Origin: Malassezia furfur
Taxonomy: Eukaryota
Assembly: GCA_052055015.1 (NCBI GenBank)
Contig: JBQJIT010000049.1
DNA length: 40,957 nucleotides
Reading direction: 5' to 3' (one strand)
A model generated the notes under the pieces. The model worked only from the letters and a program-made list of their open reading frames with translations. It ran no database searches and was not told where the DNA came from. Position numbers and translations under genes: made by a program. Shown here piece after piece: positions 23,074-33,000 of the stretch (position 1 is its first letter; each line of letters begins with the position of its first letter).

Positions 23074-26000
23074 ATGGCGCCACAGACAAATTCTAGCGAC
23101 GGAACGGCCCATGTGCCTCCCCAAGACTTCAAAAACTCGGATGCTGCCAAGGCTGCTGCTGCTGGCCCCGAGCAAGAAAAGAAGGCTGCGCTCTTCGATG
23201 AGGCGCAGCTGCTGAGCACCGGCGACAAGAAGGCCGCCAAGGAGCTCACTGACCTTGTCAAGATCGAGGGCTCGTTTGCGCTCGGAAACCTCGGTATCCA
23301 GGATGTCATCAAGAAGGGTCTCACCGACAAGAAGAACGTCCAGGGCCGCGAGGGTGCGTGCGAGCTCGTGACGATGCTCTTTGACGAGGGTGTTGGCCAC
23401 GAGGCCGAGCCTTTCATCGTCGAGAAGGTCCTTGAGACGCTCACCGAGGCGATGGGTGACAAGGAGAAGACGGTGCGCCAGAAGGCCGAGGACGCTCTCC
23501 TCGTCCTGGTCCGCAACATGTCGACCTGGTCGATCCCCCAGGTGCTGCGTGTCTTCCTGCACCAGATGCGCACTGCCGGCAAGTGGCAGGTCAAGACGGG
23601 CTGCATCCGTCTCCTGGAGGAGATGGTCAAGGTGTCGCCCGAGATGATTGCGCGCCTCATGCCCGAGATTATCCCTGTCATGGCCGAGGTCATCTGGGAC
23701 ACCAAGAGCGACGTGCAGAAGGCGTCGCGTGCTGCGCTGGAGAAGCTCTGCGCGCTGATCTCGAACAAGGATATCGAGCGCTTCATCCCTGCGCTGATCA
23801 AGTCGCTCATCCACCCCGTCGAGGAGGTGCCCAAGACCATCCAGCTCCTGTCTGCCACCACCTTCGTGCAGGAGGTCGACTCGCCTACGCTCGCGCTCAT
23901 GACGCCCCTGCTCTCGCGTGGTCTGTCGGAGCGCCCGACCGCCACCAAGCGTAAGGTTGCGGTGATTATCGACAACATGTCGAAGCTCGTCGACAACGAG
24001 CGCACCGTGCGTCCCTTCCTGCCGAAGCTGCTCCCCGGTTTGATCAAGATCGAGACCACGATGTCGGACCCCGAGGCCCGCAGCGTCGTGCAGCGTGCCA
24101 TCAACACGCTGCGCTCGGTCGGCAACGTCCAGGGCGACGGCTCGGACGTCAAGCCGCTCGAGGACGTGGACCTCACCAAGACGCGCTCGCTTGTGGAGGA
24201 GCAGATGAAGGCCGAGAACCTCACCGGCCCCGAGACGCTGGTGCTGTACATTGCGCAGCTCGTCACCAACCTCGCCAACTTCCGCGAGTTTGAGCCTAGC
24301 GAATGGGACAGCACGCTGACGCGCTACCTGCGTCTGCTGCGCCCCTCGGACCAGGAGAAGTCGAAGAAGATCACCGACAACCTGCTCCAGTCGCTCGCCA
24401 AGAGCACTGGTGAGGAGGTCGAGGTGTTCGACGACGAGGAGGAGGGTGTCGACCTGTGCAACTGTCAGTTCTCGCTCGCCTACGGTGCCAAGATTCTGCT
24501 CAACACGGCGACGCTGCGCCTCAAGCGTGGCCACCGCTACGGTCTGTGTGGCCGCAACGGTTCGGGCAAGTCGACGTTGATGCGCGCCATCCAGAACGGC
24601 CAGGTCGAGGGCTTCCCCTCGCCCGACGAGGTGCGTACCTGGTACGTCGAGCACGACCTCGACGGCTCGGAGGGTGACATCTCCATTCTCGACTTCATCG
24701 TCGCCGACAAGCGCCTGAACGTCGACCACGAGACGGCGGCCAAGACGCTCAAGGAGATGGGCTTCGACGAGCAGCGCCAGGCTGGTCCGATCACGGCGCT
24801 CTCGGGTGGCTGGAAGATGAAGCTCGCCCTGGCGCGTGCGGTGCTGTTCAAGGCCGATATTCTGCTGCTCGACGAGCCGACGAACCACTTGGACGTCATC
24901 AACGTCAAGTGGATCACCGACTACCTCAACAGCCTCACCGAGACCACGTCGATCATTGTGTCGCACGACTCCAAGTTCCTGAACGACGTGTGTACCGACA
25001 TTCTCCACCTGAACCGCTTCAAGATCAAGCGCTACCCGGGCAACCTGGACGCGTTCGTGAAGCGCGTGCCGGAGGCGCGCTCGTACGTCGAGCTCACCTC
25101 GGGCGAGGACTACTCGTTCAAGCTGCCTGACCCGCCGCTGCTGGACGGTGTCAAGACGAAGGAGAAGTCGCTCGTCAAGATGCGCAACGTGGTGTTCCAG
25201 TACCCCGGCACGCCTGCGCCCCAGCTCAAGGGTATCTCGATGCAGCTCTCGCTCTCGTCGCGTGTGGCGGTGCTCGGCCCCAACGGTTCGGGTAAGTCGA
25301 CGCTGGTCAAGCTGGTGGTCGGTGACACGGAGCCGAACGAGGGTGAGCTGTGGAAGCACCCCAACCTGGTGATTGGCTACGTCGCCCAGCACGCCTTCCA
25401 CCACATCGACCAGCACCTGGACAAGACGCCGCTCGAGTACATGCTCTGGCGCTACCAGACCGGTGAGGACCTCGAGGAGCACATGAAGGCTACGCGCCAG
25501 CTCACCGAGGAGGAGGAGAAGGCGATGAAGAACGGCTCGATCTACGAGCACGAGGGCGTCAAGCGCGTCATCGAGGACATTGTCGGCCGCAAGAAGCTCA
25601 AGAACTCGTTCCAGTACGAGGTGTCGTTCAAGAACATGTCCTCCACCGAAAACGTGTGGATGTCGCGTGACGAGCTGATCCGCCGCGGCTTCGAGAAGAA
25701 GGTCATGGCCGTCGACTCGAAGGAGGCGCAGAAGGCTGGTATGCTCCGCCCGCTCGTCCGCCGCGAGATCGAGAAGCACTTCGAGGACTTCGGTCTCGAG
25801 CGCGAGTTCACCTCGCACAACACCATGCGCGGTCTCTCGGGTGGCCAGAAGGTCAAGGTCGTGCTCGGTGCCGCCACGTGGCGCATGCCGCACATCATCG
25901 TGCTGGACGAGCCGACCAACTTCTTGGACCGTGAGTCGCTTGCGGCCCTGATCAACGCCATCCAGACGTTCCAGGGCGGTGTGGCGATCATCACCCACTC

Positions 26001-26280
26001 GCAGGAGTTCTCCGAGGGCACCTGCAAGGAGATCTGGCGTATGCAGGACGGCACCCTGCACGCCTCGGGCCACAACTGGGTCGAGGGCCAGGGCTCGGGC
26101 GAGCGCATTGACAAGAAGAAGAACGACGAGGAGGAGGTCAAGTACGACGCCCTGGGCAACAAGATTGTCGAGGAGAAGAAGAAGAAGAAGCTCACCTCGG
26201 CCGAGGCCCGCAAGGCCAAGAAGGAGCGCATGGCGCGCCGCAAGCGCGGTGAGGAGGTCTTCACCGACGAGGAGCTCTAA
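23074..26280 (+). CDS. YEF3: Fungal translation elongation factor eEF3 (HEAT repeats, two ABC domains, chromodomain insert) (1068 aa)
   Basis: ATTFVQEV, GRNGSGKST, LSGGWKMKLAL, GPNGSGKST, LSGGQKVKVV and a basic C-terminal tail. Strong codon bias. The start is taken at the first ATG after the TATA box. Confidence 0.96.
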   Translation: MAPQTNSSDGTAHVPPQDFKNSDAAKAAAAGPEQEKKAALFDEAQLLSTGDKKAAKELTDLVKIEGSFALGNLGIQDVIKKGLTDKKNVQGREGACELVTMLFDEGVGHEAEPFIVEKVLETLTEAMGDKEKTVRQKAEDALLVLVRNMSTWSIPQVLRVFLHQMRTAGKWQVKTGCIRLLEEMVKVSPEMIARLMPEIIPVMAEVIWDTKSDVQKASRAALEKLCALISNKDIERFIPALIKSLIHPVEEVPKTIQLLSATTFVQEVDSPTLALMTPLLSRGLSERPTATKRKVAVIIDNMSKLVDNERTVRPFLPKLLPGLIKIETTMSDPEARSVVQRAINTLRSVGNVQGDGSDVKPLEDVDLTKTRSLVEEQMKAENLTGPETLVLYIAQLVTNLANFREFEPSEWDSTLTRYLRLLRPSDQEKSKKITDNLLQSLAKSTGEEVEVFDDEEEGVDLCNCQFSLAYGAKILLNTATLRLKRGHRYGLCGRNGSGKSTLMRAIQNGQVEGFPSPDEVRTWYVEHDLDGSEGDISILDFIVADKRLNVDHETAAKTLKEMGFDEQRQAGPITALSGGWKMKLALARAVLFKADILLLDEPTNHLDVINVKWITDYLNSLTETTSIIVSHDSKFLNDVCTDILHLNRFKIKRYPGNLDAFVKRVPEARSYVELTSGEDYSFKLPDPPLLDGVKTKEKSLVKMRNVVFQYPGTPAPQLKGISMQLSLSSRVAVLGPNGSGKSTLVKLVVGDTEPNEGELWKHPNLVIGYVAQHAFHHIDQHLDKTPLEYMLWRYQTGEDLEEHMKATRQLTEEEEKAMKNGSIYEHEGVKRVIEDIVGRKKLKNSFQYEVSFKNMSSTENVWMSRDELIRRGFEKKVMAVDSKEAQKAGMLRPLVRREIEKHFEDFGLEREFTSHNTMRGLSGGQKVKVVLGAATWRMPHIIVLDEPTNFLDRESLAALINAIQTFQGGVAIITHSQEFSEGTCKEIWRMQDGTLHASGHNWVEGQGSGERIDKKKNDEEEVKYDALGNKIVEEKKKKKLTSAEARKAKKERMARRKRGEEVFTDEEL

Positions 26281-26330
26281 ACAGCTCCCTCGTTTGCCAT
26301 GTTCCGTGTATTGAGTCGCAGGCCATAGAA

Positions 26331-26336
26331 AATAAA
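26331..26336 (+). terminator. Candidate polyadenylation signal AATAAA for eEF3
   Basis: AATAAA 50 nt after the eEF3 stop, in the 72 nt gap before the SHE9 stop. Confidence 0.4.
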
Positions 26337-26352
26337 AGCACCTGCATTGCGT

Positions 26353-27506
26353 CTACAGGAAAAGGACCGACGCCCAGTAGCTCAGCACGCCTGCGACCAG
26401 CGCACCCGTCGTGCCGGCCGCGAGTGACACTTGCTCGCTCTGTGTAAAGGGCAGGTAGGTGCGCACAAAGTGCACCGTCTCGTACCGTAGCACCTGTAAC
26501 CAGTGCACCAAGCGGTCCATCCACGCAAACTTGGGCAGCGGAGGAAACAGGCGGCGCGGCGGCGCGGCCGGCGGCGGTACGGGCTCGGCGGGCGCGGGCG
26601 CGGGCGCGGATGCACCTCCCTCGCCGCGTTTCGCCGACGCAGCAGAGGCCACCGACGTCCCCGTCGACGTCCCGGTCAGCCGGCCCTCGAGGCGCGCTAG
26701 GTGCTCGTCGACAGAGGTGACCGTCGCCTGCATCCGCTCGTACGCCTCCTTCTCGCTCGCCTTGATGCGCTCTTCCAGCGTACGCGCCAGCTTGCGCCGC
26801 TTGAACGGCTCGACCAGCAACAGCGCCAGCATGAAGATCAACACTGCATCAGTAGGTACACGCACCGTTCAATGCACCCATTCCTAAACTCACATACGAG
26901 CTAACGCTGCGCACACGATCGCTCCATAAGTGCTCCTCGTGATACCGCCGCATGACGCTGCGGATCAGATCGTCAAAGCCCCGCTCCATGCGATCTTCGG
27001 CTTGCTCGTATTCCTGCTCACTGCGCTCTTCCGCCTTGGCGAACGAATGCTCCGAGTGCAACAATTTGGTATACTCAATCAGATCGGAATCGTTCCACGA
27101 TGCCTTGCGCGTGAGGAGATCGCTGATCTTGCGCTGCGCCGCGGACCGCTCCGCAACGGCGTTGACGTAGGCCGACTTGGCCTCGTTCTTTTGCTCCTGC
27201 AGCTCCTTGAGGCGCGCGGCTGGGTAAGACGGGATACATACATTCTAGTTCCACCTGTTCCTTGTGATGCAGAATATTCTCGTAGCCAGACAACACGTTC
27301 CATCGCTTCGAAAGATCGTTGAACCGCTCCATGGCGACCGGCCGCTTCTGCTCGATCCAATTGGTGCAGTGCGTCTTGATCGATTTCAGGAAATCGGACC
27401 GCGATGTAGCCGTCGAATAGACACGCAGGTCAGCACCACGCAGCAGAGGAGCCGCCTGGCACCGCACACGCAGCAAGTTCGCTGCCCGCGACGCACTGTG
27501 CGCCAT
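26353..27506 (-). CDS. SHE9: She9/Mdm33 mitochondrial inner-membrane protein (369 aa, 2 introns)
   Basis: Presequence-like N-terminus, NVLSGYENI, RSAAQRKISDLLTRKASW, RYHEEHLWSDRVR and NVLIF...VEPFKRRKL. Introns at 27220-27241 and 26844-26865 (22 nt each). Confidence 0.92.
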
Positions 27507-27608
27507 CGTCGGGGAACAAGTGCGCGCGAACTGGAGGAGGGCACGTGGAGGCACGTGGAGGTGTTGGACGCGCGGCGCGTCGCGCGTGACGGCGCGCCCG
27601 AAGAAACC

Positions 27609-28015
27609 ATGTCGCAGGCGATCCCCCTCACGAACTCGTCGCAGATCGCAAGTCGCGCGAACCAAGAAGTGCGAATCATCGGAAAGGTGCAAAAGGTACG
27701 TGTGCAACGCTTATACAGGTCTCTGGTGGCGTGCTCCTCTTGGAAGCTTCGGACAACGGCACCGTGGAGGTGAAGCTGCAGCTGGTACGCACACGTACAG
27801 GATCTACTTACGCCTAGGACGAGACGCCCACGTCTGAATATGTCGAGGTCATCGGCCGTGTGTCACGAACGGGTGACTCGATTACGCAACACGCGCTGCT
27901 TCCGTTGGGCGACAACCTGGGTACGTCTTTTGCCACGCTCATGGCAGATCTCTCGCTCGTTGAGCAACTCGTGAAACTCACGCCGAAATTCCCTAGTCTG
28001 TTCTCGGAGCAGTAG
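27609..28015 (+). CDS. RFA3: Replication protein A 14 kDa subunit (107 aa, 3 introns)
   Basis: Exons 27609-27695, 27719-27784, 27818-27920 and 27948-28015 give MSQAIPLTNSSQIASRANQEVRIIGKVQKVSGGVLLLEASDNGTVEVKLQLDETPTSEYVEVIGRV...LGDNLDLSLVEQLVKLTPKFPSLFSEQ, an RPA14 OB-fold pattern. It is not recoverable as a single ORF in the track. Confidence 0.9.
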
Positions 28016-28111
28016 ATATGATAGCGCTACGATAAAGGAGGTTTGGACATCTCGCTTCTGGCCGAGCTGCCGGTCGACCTGGGACGGGCCACGTGCGACC
28101 TCGCTGCAGTC

Positions 28112-28699
28112 ATGCCACCACGCTCTGATGAGCGTGAATCGGGTCTGTCCAAACGCGAGGCCAAGGGACTTTCGTACAAAGCGGAAGTCCCCGCCTTCCT
28201 TCAGCAATTGCATGCACAGGTACACGGCCGCGCAAAGCCGGCCGGGGAACCACGTGTGCATGACGATGGCGGAGAAGACCCCGTTCTTGCCTTCCTGGGT
28301 GCGACCCCCTCGGGCGAGGAACGCGGGAAGCCACGCTCAGAGCGTGACGCGGAACCACGTGGAGATGGTTACGACAGTGATAACGACTTAGAACATGCCC
28401 AGATTGTTGTGCTCAAGGAGGGCAAACACCTGACCAAGGAAGACTATCTGCAAGAGACAGCGAAGCGACCAGCTGCGCAGTCTGCAGCCGAGCAAGTGGC
28501 CGGACCCGGGGTTACGCAGTCCAAAATGTATGATAAAGCCGGACAACCCCGCAAACAACCTATGGGCTCCGCCAAGGAATTGATCTATGCGCACCGCGCA
28601 CGAAAGCGGTCACAAGACCAAGATAAACCTGCGGAGGGGAGACGGCGGAAAAATTTGAAACCTGGGGTGGGACTAAGCTTTGATGTGGACGAGGCTTGA
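28112..28699 (+). CDS. DUF4604/KIAA1143-like conserved protein (195 aa)
   Basis: N-terminal GLSYKAEVPAFLQQL, central AQIVVLKEGKHLT and C-terminal basic stretch plus LSFDVDE match the DUF4604 pattern. Confidence 0.7.
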   Translation: MPPRSDERESGLSKREAKGLSYKAEVPAFLQQLHAQVHGRAKPAGEPRVHDDGGEDPVLAFLGATPSGEERGKPRSERDAEPRGDGYDSDNDLEHAQIVVLKEGKHLTKEDYLQETAKRPAAQSAAEQVAGPGVTQSKMYDKAGQPRKQPMGSAKELIYAHRARKRSQDQDKPAEGRRRKNLKPGVGLSFDVDEA

Positions 28700-28920
28700 C
28701 GTGTCAAATTATAGGGCGTTGTAATGACTCCATGAAATCATAGTGGCGGGGTACCCCAACATCCCTGTGTGGGGCTACGCCCAACATCTTGGCAATGCGC
28801 CCGATACTCGCTTGATGACCGCGCACGGCCAATCTGAAATTCCCGATTTAAGATGACAAATACCTGGGGACTCTTCCTCAGCCATCCAGCCCCCGCTTCT
28901 TGGGAGTTCCAACAGCAATC

Positions 28921-30932
28921 ATGGCGACGGAAACGGTGATTGAGATTCCTACCCGCCTGAATGGGAGCGACACCACTAGGCCGAAGCCTCATTTTGGTGT
29001 TGGTGACTACGAACCTCACTATGCGCGCTCGATGACGGAGAGCGAGAACTTCTGGCGCGAAGAGGCCAAGAATCACCTGACTTGGACGGTGCCCTTCAAC
29101 ACGGTTCAATACGGTGGTTTCAAGTATGGCGACATGGCCTGGTTTCCAGACGGCCAGCTGAATGCCTCCTACAATGCGGTGGATCGTTGGGCGATGGAGC
29201 GCCCAAAGGACACGGCCATTATCTGGGAAGCGGACGAGCCTGGCAATGACGTGTCGATTTCGTGGGAGGAGCTGCTGTGCCGCGTGTGCCAGGCCGCTGG
29301 TGCTCTTCGCTCGCTCGGTGTGCGTAAGGGTGACATTGTGATTATCTACCTGCCTATGGTACCCGAGGCTGCCATTGCTATGCTTGCCTGCGCACGTATT
29401 GGTGCGCTTCACTCGGTCGTGTTTGCGGGTTTCTCATCCGACTCGCTGCGCGATCGTGCGCAGGACAGCAATGCGCGTGTGGTGATCACTACGGATGAGG
29501 GCCGCCGCGGTGGCCGTACGATTGCAACCAAGCGGATTGTCGACGCAGCGCTCAAGGAATGCCCCAAAGTGGAGCACGTTCTGGTCGTGAAGCGCACGGG
29601 CGCAGAGGATGTGCCGTGGGTAGATGGTCGCGACCAGTGGTTCAATGATGCCGCACTGCGCGAGCGAACCTATCTCCCGCCTGTGCCGATGAACAGCGAG
29701 GACCCGCTCTTTGTTCTGTATACCTCGGGCTCCACCGGCAAGCCCAAGGGTATTGTGCACACGACGGCCGGCTACATTCTTGGTGCAGCCATGACGGTGA
29801 AACATGTGTTTGATGTGCACCCTAACGACCGCTTCGGTTGCATGGCCGACATTGGTTGGATCACCGGCCACACGTATATTGTGTACGGCCCGCTGGTGAA
29901 CGGCACAACGTCGCTGATCTTTGAGTCGACGCCGACCTACCCGACGCCCTCGCGCTACTGGGACGTGGTCGACCGACACCGCCTGACGCAATTCTACACC
30001 GCGCCTACGTCCATCCGCTTGCTGCGTCGGATGGGGAAGGAGCACGTGGAGAAGTACGACTTGAGCTCGCTCCGCACGTTGGGCTCGGTTGGTGAGCCGA
30101 TCAACCCCGAGGCGTGGCAGTGGTACAACGACAACGTCGGTCGTGGCCATTGTGCAATTGTGGATACCTACTGGATGACTGAGAGTGGCTCGCACATGGT
30201 GTCATCGCTGCCTGGCGCGATCCGTGCCAAGCCCGGCAGTGCCTCGCTACCCTTCTGGGGCGTGGAACCCGTGATTCTCGACCCGCAAACTGGCCACGAG
30301 GTCGAGGGCGAGGCCGAGGGCGCGCTGTGCATTAAGCGTCCGTTCCCGTCGATGGCCCGCACTATTTTGGGTGACCATGACCGTTTCATGAAAACCTACC
30401 TGAAAGCATACCCTGGCTACTTCTTTACCGGAGACAGTGCCGCGCGTGACAAGGACGGTTATATCTGGATTAAGGGACGCGTCGACGACGTCATTAACGT
30501 CTCAGGCCACCGCATGAGCACGGCCGAGATCGAATCGGCGCTCGTCGGCCATCCGGGCGTAGCAGAGACCGCGGTGGTCGGTGCGCCGGATGAGATGACG
30601 GGCCAGTCGATCACGGCATTTGTGGCGCTCAAGCCCGACTATGTGCACCAAGAGTCTGAAGAAGCGCTGCTCAAAGAACTGACTATCCAAGTGCGCCGCG
30701 CCATTGGACCGTTTGCAACGCCCAAGCGCATCATCTGTGTCAAGGACCTGCCCAAGACGCGCAGCGGCAAGATCGTCCGCCGTGTGCTGCGCAAGATCGT
30801 CTGTGGTGAGGCCGACCAGCTCGGTGACCTGTCCACCGTGTCTGACCCCGAGGTGGTGGGCGACATTATTGTACGTATCGTACAAACACACAAAACTGAC
30901 CGCAGAACAAGTTCGAAGAGTTGAACAAGTAG
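28921..30932 (+). CDS. ACS: Acetyl-CoA synthetase (AMP-forming) (658 aa, 1 intron near the 3' end)
   Basis: [32 protein letters not shown] and [12 protein letters not shown]. Intron 30871-30905 (35 nt, GTACGT...CTGAC CGCAG) gives the C-terminus [10 protein letters not shown]. Confidence 0.96.
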
Positions 30933-30986
30933 GGCACCTGCGCAATAGCCGTTGAAATACATTTCATCCTGCATGAGAAAGACAGA

Positions 30987-31349
30987 TTATTCCTTTTCCC
31001 AACGCTCGAATGCCTTCTCGAGGTCAAAGTTGGGGTCATCCGGGTTGGTCACTGCTGCCGGATTAGCTGATACCCGGTCCAAAATACATACCGTCGACGA
31101 CAGGCGCAACCTTCTGCTGCGTCGCAGCCTTAAGCTTGGCGTACTCTTCCTTCGCCTTCTTAATCAGCTCGTCCTTTTGCTTCTGCTCGTGCTGCAGGGC
31201 CTTGGCGTCCCAGTCCTTCTGAAGCGACCGGCGGTGAAGGATACCGTAGCCGATACCAGCGATCAAAGCAGAGTAGCGGACGACCTGTGGTCAGCATGGA
31301 GCACCTCTGTGCCACATACATTGACGAGGGGGGTGGGCGACATCGACAT
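30987..31349 (-). CDS. TIM11: Mitochondrial ATP synthase subunit e (96 aa, 2 introns)
   Basis: MSMSPTPLVN/VVRYSALIAGIGYGILHRRSL...ELIKKAKEEYAK...TNPDDPNFDLEKAFE. Introns at 31285-31319 (35 nt) and 31055(or 31052)-31091 (37 or 40 nt). Confidence 0.9.
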
Positions 31350-31584
31350 CCTTAGACGGTCGGCGCTGAGCGGCTGGTGGAAAGAGCTGGACTTGGTTCA
31401 CGGGTTGTGTTGCTGACTGGCACTTTCAATTGCACAAATCCCCCCACGCCTTGCTCGACAGATCGGTTGCTCCCGGCACAGGACCACGTGATGCAGTTCT
31501 CCGCAGCGCGTTTTTGCAGGGGCCTAACAGGCAGCCGATCAGCTGGGCTGCGGCACCGACGCCCTTAGAAGTCGAAGATCCACC

Positions 31585-32121
31585 ATGCCCGTTGATCAGG
31601 AGAAGCTCGCGAAGCTGCAGGCTGCTAGCCGCACGGGTGGCAAGGGTGCGCCCCGCCGCAAGATTGTGAAGAAGCCCAAGGGTGCCGTTGCCGGTGGCGA
31701 TGACAAGAAGCTCCAGGCTGCTCTGAAGAAGCTCAACGTCGAGCCCGTGACGGGCATCGAGGAGGTGAACATGTTCAAGGAAGACGGCAACGTGCTGCAC
31801 ATTGCCAACCCCAAGGGTGAGTTGCTTTTTTGTGATGCTGACGCAGTGCACGGTGCCATCACCTCGAACACGCTCGCCGTTTACGGCCACGCGCAGGACA
31901 AGGAGCTCACGCAGCTTGTGCCTGGTATTCTGAACCAGCTCGGCCCGGAGTCGCTCGCGAGCCTGCGCAAGCTCGCTGAGAGCTACCAGGCGATCAACGC
32001 GCAGCACGCTGCTCAGCAGGCCCAGGATGCCGAGGGTGTTCCGGAGGTCTCGGGCAACTTCGACGAGGTTGAGGAAACCGAGAAGCCCGCTGCCACCACC
32101 GAGGTCGACCAGCTCGACTAA
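31585..32121 (+). CDS. EGD1: Nascent polypeptide-associated complex beta subunit (BTF3) (168 aa, 1 intron)
   Basis: [31 protein letters not shown] and [22 protein letters not shown]. Removing the in-frame intron 31817-31846 (30 nt) restores NPKVHG. Confidence 0.97.
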   Translation: MPVDQEKLAKLQAASRTGGKGAPRRKIVKKPKGAVAGGDDKKLQAALKKLNVEPVTGIEEVNMFKEDGNVLHIANPKGELLFCDADAVHGAITSNTLAVYGHAQDKELTQLVPGILNQLGPESLASLRKLAESYQAINAQHAAQQAQDAEGVPEVSGNFDEVEETEKPAATTEVDQLD

Positions 32122-32192
32122 GCGGGTCGGCGACCTGTTTCACTGCGTAGGCTGTCGATAGACATGCCATATCCAAAATTCAATCCTACAGA

Positions 32193-32960
32193 CTACGCAT
32201 CGTCGGTGCGCTGCACCTTGGTAGCTTCCTCCTCCGCATCGTCGTCCAGCCCGCGCTTGGCATTGGCCGTCGGCTGGTCGGCGGGGCCGGCACGCTCGGC
32301 GCGCTCCGTCTCGTGGTATTGCGCATCGGCACCCGTCGGCGCGGTGTGGGCGTCTGCGTCCTTCTCGTGCGCACGGTACACATCCTCGCGGCGCTCACGG
32401 CGCTCACGCTCCTTGGCCATCGCCTCGCGACGCTTCCGCTCCTCCTCCTCGCGTAGACGGTTGTGGCCCCATCCGCCGCGGCCTGCATCGTATTCTTGCC
32501 GGTATTCGTCGCGCACTTGCCCTCCTGAGCGCCCGCGACCGTACTGCCGACCGTCGCGGTAGCCGGGGTCCAAGTCGCAGCGAATGACGCGCTCGTCGAG
32601 CTTGGTGCCCGACACGAAGCGCATACAGTCGACCGCTTCCTCGTGTGTATAAAACCTGGGTAAGCCATAAGACGTACTCAACAAATGCAAAGCCACACGG
32701 GGTCTTGGTGTTCCGGTCCAAGCCCATAATGATGCGCTTGATGCCGCCGCCCCCCGCGACATTGGTCACCCGAGCGAACAGCTCGTACATCTGCTCTTCG
32801 GTGGTGTAGAACGAAAGGTTCCCGACATAGAGCGTCGCACTATTTGCCAACGCAAGGTGCTGTTCCTCGATCGAGCTGCGCGCGCGCGAGTCGCGGTCTG
32901 TGTGAGTAGCTCCAACGTACACGACGACGGCGCATTCAGTGGCTCCACCACATGCGACAT
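32193..32960 (-). CDS. CBC2: Nuclear cap-binding complex 20 kDa subunit (NCBP2) (240 aa, 2 introns)
   Basis: [35 protein letters not shown] and [18 protein letters not shown]. Intron 32898-32920 (23 nt) restores SSYRD; the second intron is 32656-32677 (22 nt). Confidence 0.96.
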
Positions 32961-33000
32961 GGCGGGGGAGGCGAAATTCGGCCCTTTCCCCTCCACAATC

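Noticed and set aside
22933..26073. 1046 aa antisense ORF opposite eEF3
   Set aside because: It is the exact codon-register mirror of a strongly codon-biased gene. Avoidance of TTA/CTA/TCA codons removes antisense stops, and it has no recognisable motifs.
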